This document shows positions 60,585 through 64,000 of a stretch of 64,000 nt of DNA, in pieces. This DNA comes from Alphaproteobacteria bacterium. Lineage in GTDB: Bacteria; Pseudomonadota; Alphaproteobacteria; Rhodobacterales; Rhodobacteraceae. The notes beneath the pieces are model-generated. The model searched no databases. It was not told the origin of the DNA and saw nothing but the letters and a program-made list of their open reading frames with translations. The DNA is taken from the NCBI GenBank assembly GCA_016869875.1, contig VGDE01000001.1, forward strand, positions 7,088 through 71,087. The letters are read 5' to 3'. Each line of letters opens with the position of its first letter. Within the stretch, counting starts at the first letter, position 1. The position numbers were made by a program, and so were the translations under genes.

Positions 60585-61420
60585 TGTGCAGGCAGTTCGC
60601 TGAGGCGGTAGGTGCGGGGATGACGATAGTCGGGATCGGCCGGCGCGGCGGGTGCGCGCGAGGGATTTGCCCGGTTGTTGATCCATTCCTGCGCCTCGGC
60701 GCAGCCATCGCCTGGAGGCGGGGCATCCTGCGTGCGGCACAACGAGCCTGCGGGGCAGGACAGACGGACATGGAAATGATAGTCATGGGCGTTGATCGGC
60801 CGCACCTTTCGCAGCCAGGACCGGTCGCCTGTCTCCATCTGGCACATCGCGACCTTGGCGACGGGATCGACCAGGATGCGCTCGACCCGGCGGTCCCGCG
60901 CGGCGGCGCGCATGATCGACATGTGCTGAGGCGTCCAGTTCGCGGACAGGCCCAGCCCGTTCGAGGCCACGACCGAGACCGAGGACAGATTCTCGCGCTG
61001 TTGCGGCGACAGGTTCAGCGACGAGGGCGGCAGCATCCAGATGTCGGCATCCAGACCGATCTGGTGGCTGGCATGACCCGAGGTCATCGGCCCGCCGCGC
61101 GGCTGGCTGATGTCGCCGATATAGAGGCCGCGCCAGCCCGCCTGCTGGGCCGCCCGCGACAGGCCGACCAGAAAGTCGATCATTACCGGGTGGCCCCAGT
61201 GCCGGTCGCGCGACAGACGCATCGCCTGCCAGCTGGGGCCGCTTTCGGGCAGCTGCACCATGCCTTGCGCACAACCTTGAGAGTAATAGCCGATGGCCAC
61301 GGCCGGTCCCTGGGACGGGCTGCGGAATGCGCCGAACAGGTCCTTGGCCAGCGGATCGGCGGTGGCGGGCAGGGCCAGCCCCAGCATCAGGGCGGCGGCG
61401 GTCAGGGTCTTCTTGATCAC
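60557..61420 (-). CDS. mepA: Penicillin-insensitive murein endopeptidase
   Basis: RHWGHP, GDISQPRGG...GHASHQIGLDAD, HDYHFHVRL.CP; GTG start. Confidence 0.93.
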   Translation of the reverse strand: MIKKTLTAAALMLGLALPATADPLAKDLFGAFRSPSQGPAVAIGYYSQGCAQGMVQLPESGPSWQAMRLSRDRHWGHPVMIDFLVGLSRAAQQAGWRGLYIGDISQPRGGPMTSGHASHQIGLDADIWMLPPSSLNLSPQQRENLSSVSVVASNGLGLSANWTPQHMSIMRAAARDRRVERILVDPVAKVAMCQMETGDRSWLRKVRPINAHDYHFHVRLSCPAGSLCRTQDAPPPGDGCAEAQEWINNRANPSRAPAAPADPDYRHPRTYRLSELPAQCRTVAGAP

Positions 61421-62787
61421 GGTTGGGCCTCTCCTTCCGGGTCCACCCACCGTAGCAGAACAAGCGCGACAAGGAAGATCACGATCAGCGGAATGAACCC
61501 GATCCGCTGGTTGCCGCTGAGTTGCGTGGTCAGCGCGATCAGGAACGGCGCCAGAAAGGCCGTGGCCTTTCCCGACAGCGCATAAAGGCCGAAACCCTCG
61601 GTTGCGCGATCCTCGGTCGTGTGGCGCACCATCATCGTGCGGCTGGCCGCCTGCAGCGCCCCGCCCGCGCCGCCGATGATGGCACCGCAGACAAAGAAGA
61701 TCACGTCCGGCAGGCGCAGACCGGCCAGCACCGGCTCGGCCGGCGCCGGAAAGCCGAAGATCGTGCTGCGGTCCATGCCGACCAGCAGGGTGCAGACCGC
61801 CGTCAGCGCAAGGATGCAGGCGGTGATGACCGCGCGGGGGCCAAAGGCCCGGTCGGCCCGCCCGCCCAGCCAGCTGATCACCGCGGCCGAAACGGCGCTG
61901 ACGACGCCGAAGACGCCTGCCAGAAAGACCGGCCAGCCCAGCACGGTACCGGCGTAAACCCCGCCAAAGCCGTAGAGCGCATTCAGCGCGTCGCGCGAAA
62001 ACATCGAGGACAAGAGCCAGGCCGCCAGGCTGCGGCGGTGGCGCAGGCTGCGGATCAGCGCCCAAAGGTCCGACATTGCCGCTGCGACCCGGATGGGACG
62101 CCCGCCGTTGCGCGGCTCTTTCACCCACAGAAAGAACGGGATCATGAAGACGACGTACCAGACGGCGGTAAAGGGGCCGACGAAGCGCGTGCCCTCGCGC
62201 AGGGTGGGGTCCAGTCCGAACAGGGGCGGGATGCCGATCAGCGTGCGGCCATTGGGGGTTTCGGCAAACAGCGCCAGCATCAGGCCCAATGCGACGACAC
62301 CCCCCAGATAGCCAAAGGCATAGCCCGACCCCGACAGGCGCCCGATCTCGGCCCGTGGTGCGAGGCCCGGCAGCATCGCGTTGGTGAAGATCGTCGCGAA
62401 CTCGACCCCGATCAGGCCGATGCCGAACAGCACGACTGCCTGGATCAGCGCGGGTTGCACGGGCATCAGCCACCAAAGGCCGGTGGCGCCCACGACATAC
62501 AGCAGCGAAAAGAACCACACCCAGGGCAGCCGCCGCCCCGAACTGTCGGCGATGGCCCCCAGGACCGGCGCAAGACAGGCGATGATCACCCCGCTGAACG
62601 CCAGCCCATACCCCCACAGCGCCTGCGCATGGGCGCCCGCAATCGACACGTTGTCGCCGATGGCCACGAAGTGGCGCTTGGCGACCTCGGCGAAATAGAT
62701 CGAAAAGATGAAGGTCAGCAGCAGCGTGTGATAGGGCTGGCTGGCCCAGTCGAAAAACCACCAGCCCCAGATCCGCTTGCGGTTCAT
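61417..62787 (-). CDS. MFS transporter (UMF1/ATG22-like)
   Basis: WWFFDWASQPY, GYLGG, QAASR, FGLYALSGKATAF. Confidence 0.9.
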   Translation of the reverse strand: MNRKRIWGWWFFDWASQPYHTLLLTFIFSIYFAEVAKRHFVAIGDNVSIAGAHAQALWGYGLAFSGVIIACLAPVLGAIADSSGRRLPWVWFFSLLYVVGATGLWWLMPVQPALIQAVVLFGIGLIGVEFATIFTNAMLPGLAPRAEIGRLSGSGYAFGYLGGVVALGLMLALFAETPNGRTLIGIPPLFGLDPTLREGTRFVGPFTAVWYVVFMIPFFLWVKEPRNGGRPIRVAAAMSDLWALIRSLRHRRSLAAWLLSSMFSRDALNALYGFGGVYAGTVLGWPVFLAGVFGVVSAVSAAVISWLGGRADRAFGPRAVITACILALTAVCTLLVGMDRSTIFGFPAPAEPVLAGLRLPDVIFFVCGAIIGGAGGALQAASRTMMVRHTTEDRATEGFGLYALSGKATAFLAPFLIALTTQLSGNQRIGFIPLIVIFLVALVLLRWVDPEGEAQP

Positions 62788-62841
62788 GCCGTCCCCCTGC
62801 TGCCCCTTGTCGCGCGCTGGCGCCATAAGGCCCACCAAGCC

Positions 62842-63402
62842 CTAGACTGGCAAGCCAAGTTTCGCATCGGCGGGAATGACCGGTGGCCAAGGGCGTGCGG
62901 CATCTGCCCGGATCCAGGCGGCGATCCATTCGGGCAGGGGCGGGCTGTCGGGATCGCGGCCCATCGCCGCCATCACCTCGGCCGGCGGCACGATCCCCTG
63001 GGCCGAGGTGAAGGCCGACCGGATCAGGACCTGGTTGCAGCACTCGGACCCCTTCCACATCGACTGCTCCATATAGGCAAAGCGGTGGTCCCAGCCCACG
63101 AGCCGCGAGATCATCGTGAAGCGTTCAAAAGCACGGATGCGGCGGCGATAGCGGGTCGAGTTCCCTGCCACGGTGATGCCCCAGCCCCGCTGCTTCAGCA
63201 CCGGGATCAGCCCGGTGCGCTGCGCCAGCGGGATGCGGCCCAGGTCGAACAGCGTCAGGGTGCGCCCGTTGTTCAGCTCGATCCACGGATCCAGGTCCCA
63301 GGGCCAGCAGATATGGGTCGACACATGAGTCCCCAAGGGCTCCAGCCGGGGCGCGTTGCGGAACTTGAGCATCTCTTTGGCAAAGCGGATCAGCGGATAC
63401 AT
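62842..63402 (-). CDS. Acyl-CoA thioesterase (hotdog fold)
   Basis: WDLDPWIELNNGRTLTLFDLGR. Confidence 0.88.
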   Translation of the reverse strand: MYPLIRFAKEMLKFRNAPRLEPLGTHVSTHICWPWDLDPWIELNNGRTLTLFDLGRIPLAQRTGLIPVLKQRGWGITVAGNSTRYRRRIRAFERFTMISRLVGWDHRFAYMEQSMWKGSECCNQVLIRSAFTSAQGIVPPAEVMAAMGRDPDSPPLPEWIAAWIRADAARPWPPVIPADAKLGLPV

Positions 63403-63550
63403 GACGGCCCTTTCCTTTGGCCCCTGGGGTGGCGTCGGATCACGAGGGCGTCAAGTCGGACGCGGCGGCATCGGGTCGCATCGGCTTGCGTCAGGCCCGG
63501 CGCGTCGCCATACAGTGCAGCATGCCGCGACAGACGCCGAAGGAGTGACG

Positions 63551-63844
63551 ATGGGAACGCTGTACGAAGCACTGCAACTGATCCTGCAGGTTCTGTGGTT
63601 CATCATGATCGTCCACATCATCATGTCCTGGCTGATCAATTTTCAGGTGCTGAACCTGCGCCAGCCGCTGGTCGCGCAGATCTGGGATGGGCTGAACAGG
63701 CTGCTCGAGCCGATCTATGCGCCGATCCGGGGCGTGCTGCCCAACACGGGGGGCCTGGATCTGGCGCCGCTGGTCCTGTTCATCATCATCATCATCCTGC
63801 AGCGCGCGCTGGCCAACAATGCCGGCTTCTTCTACGGATTCTGA
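63551..63844 (+). CDS. YggT family membrane protein
   Basis: IMSWL...EPIYAPIR..LP..GGLDLAPL. Confidence 0.92.
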   Translation: MGTLYEALQLILQVLWFIMIVHIIMSWLINFQVLNLRQPLVAQIWDGLNRLLEPIYAPIRGVLPNTGGLDLAPLVLFIIIIILQRALANNAGFFYGF

Positions 63845-64000
63845 TGGCGCGTGACCTTCCTGCGGGCGATCTTCTGCGCCAGGTCTGGGGGTTCGACGGA
63901 TTCCGTCCCGGCCAGCAGGAGATCGTCGAGGCCGTGGCCGCGGGCCGCGACGTGCTGGCCATCATGCCGACGGGCGGCGGCAAGTCGCTGTGCTATCAGC
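63844..64000 (+). CDS. recQ: DNA helicase RecQ (5' part only)
   Basis: WGFDGFRPGQQEI...IMPTGGGKSLCYQ. Confidence 0.92.
   Translation, partial: MARDLPAGDLLRQVWGFDGFRPGQQEIVEAVAAGRDVLAIMPTGGGKSLCYQ

Noticed and set aside
1-64000. CRISPR arrays, IS elements, prophage or defence islands, tRNA genes
   Set aside because: I saw no regularly spaced repeats, transposase/integrase/phage motifs, extended low-GC island or cloverleaf sequences.

Overview
GC-rich alphaproteobacterial chromosome segment, Rhodobacteraceae-like and probably Paracoccus (inferred from gene content and the porin type). It is mostly housekeeping: rlmN, dapD, mutL, lspA, purH, ftsK, cnoX, xth, cenR, ribA, yggS, porin, leuS-lptE-holA, mepA and partial recQ. 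I found no transposase, integrase, CRISPR array, rRNA or tRNA. The most interesting signals are non-coding or small. (1) An apparently independent, structured ~250-270 nt minus-strand transcript (about 58675-58945) carries an 18-codon ORF behind a 17-nt super Shine-Dalgarno complementary to the 16S rRNA 3' end. (2) A preQ1-I-like pseudoknot covers the RBS of the queuosine-precursor transporter gene. (3) A SorX-like sRNA in the cenR 3' UTR appears to have its own EcfG-type promoter, and its seed matches a GST RBS in the window over 11 nt. (4) Six GAAC-N16/17-(C/T)(G/A)TT promoters suggest a general-stress (EcfG) regulon. (5) A cytochrome P450 lacking the I-helix acidic residue is inserted into the lspA operon. 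(6) An MxcQE/MxaYX-like two-component system heads an operon with DUF2478, TusA and MbfA. (7) A dispersed palindromic repeat appears to contribute to protein sequence. (8) A decayed NhaC pseudogene lies at 38790-39740. All calls come from reading the sequence; no database searches were run.
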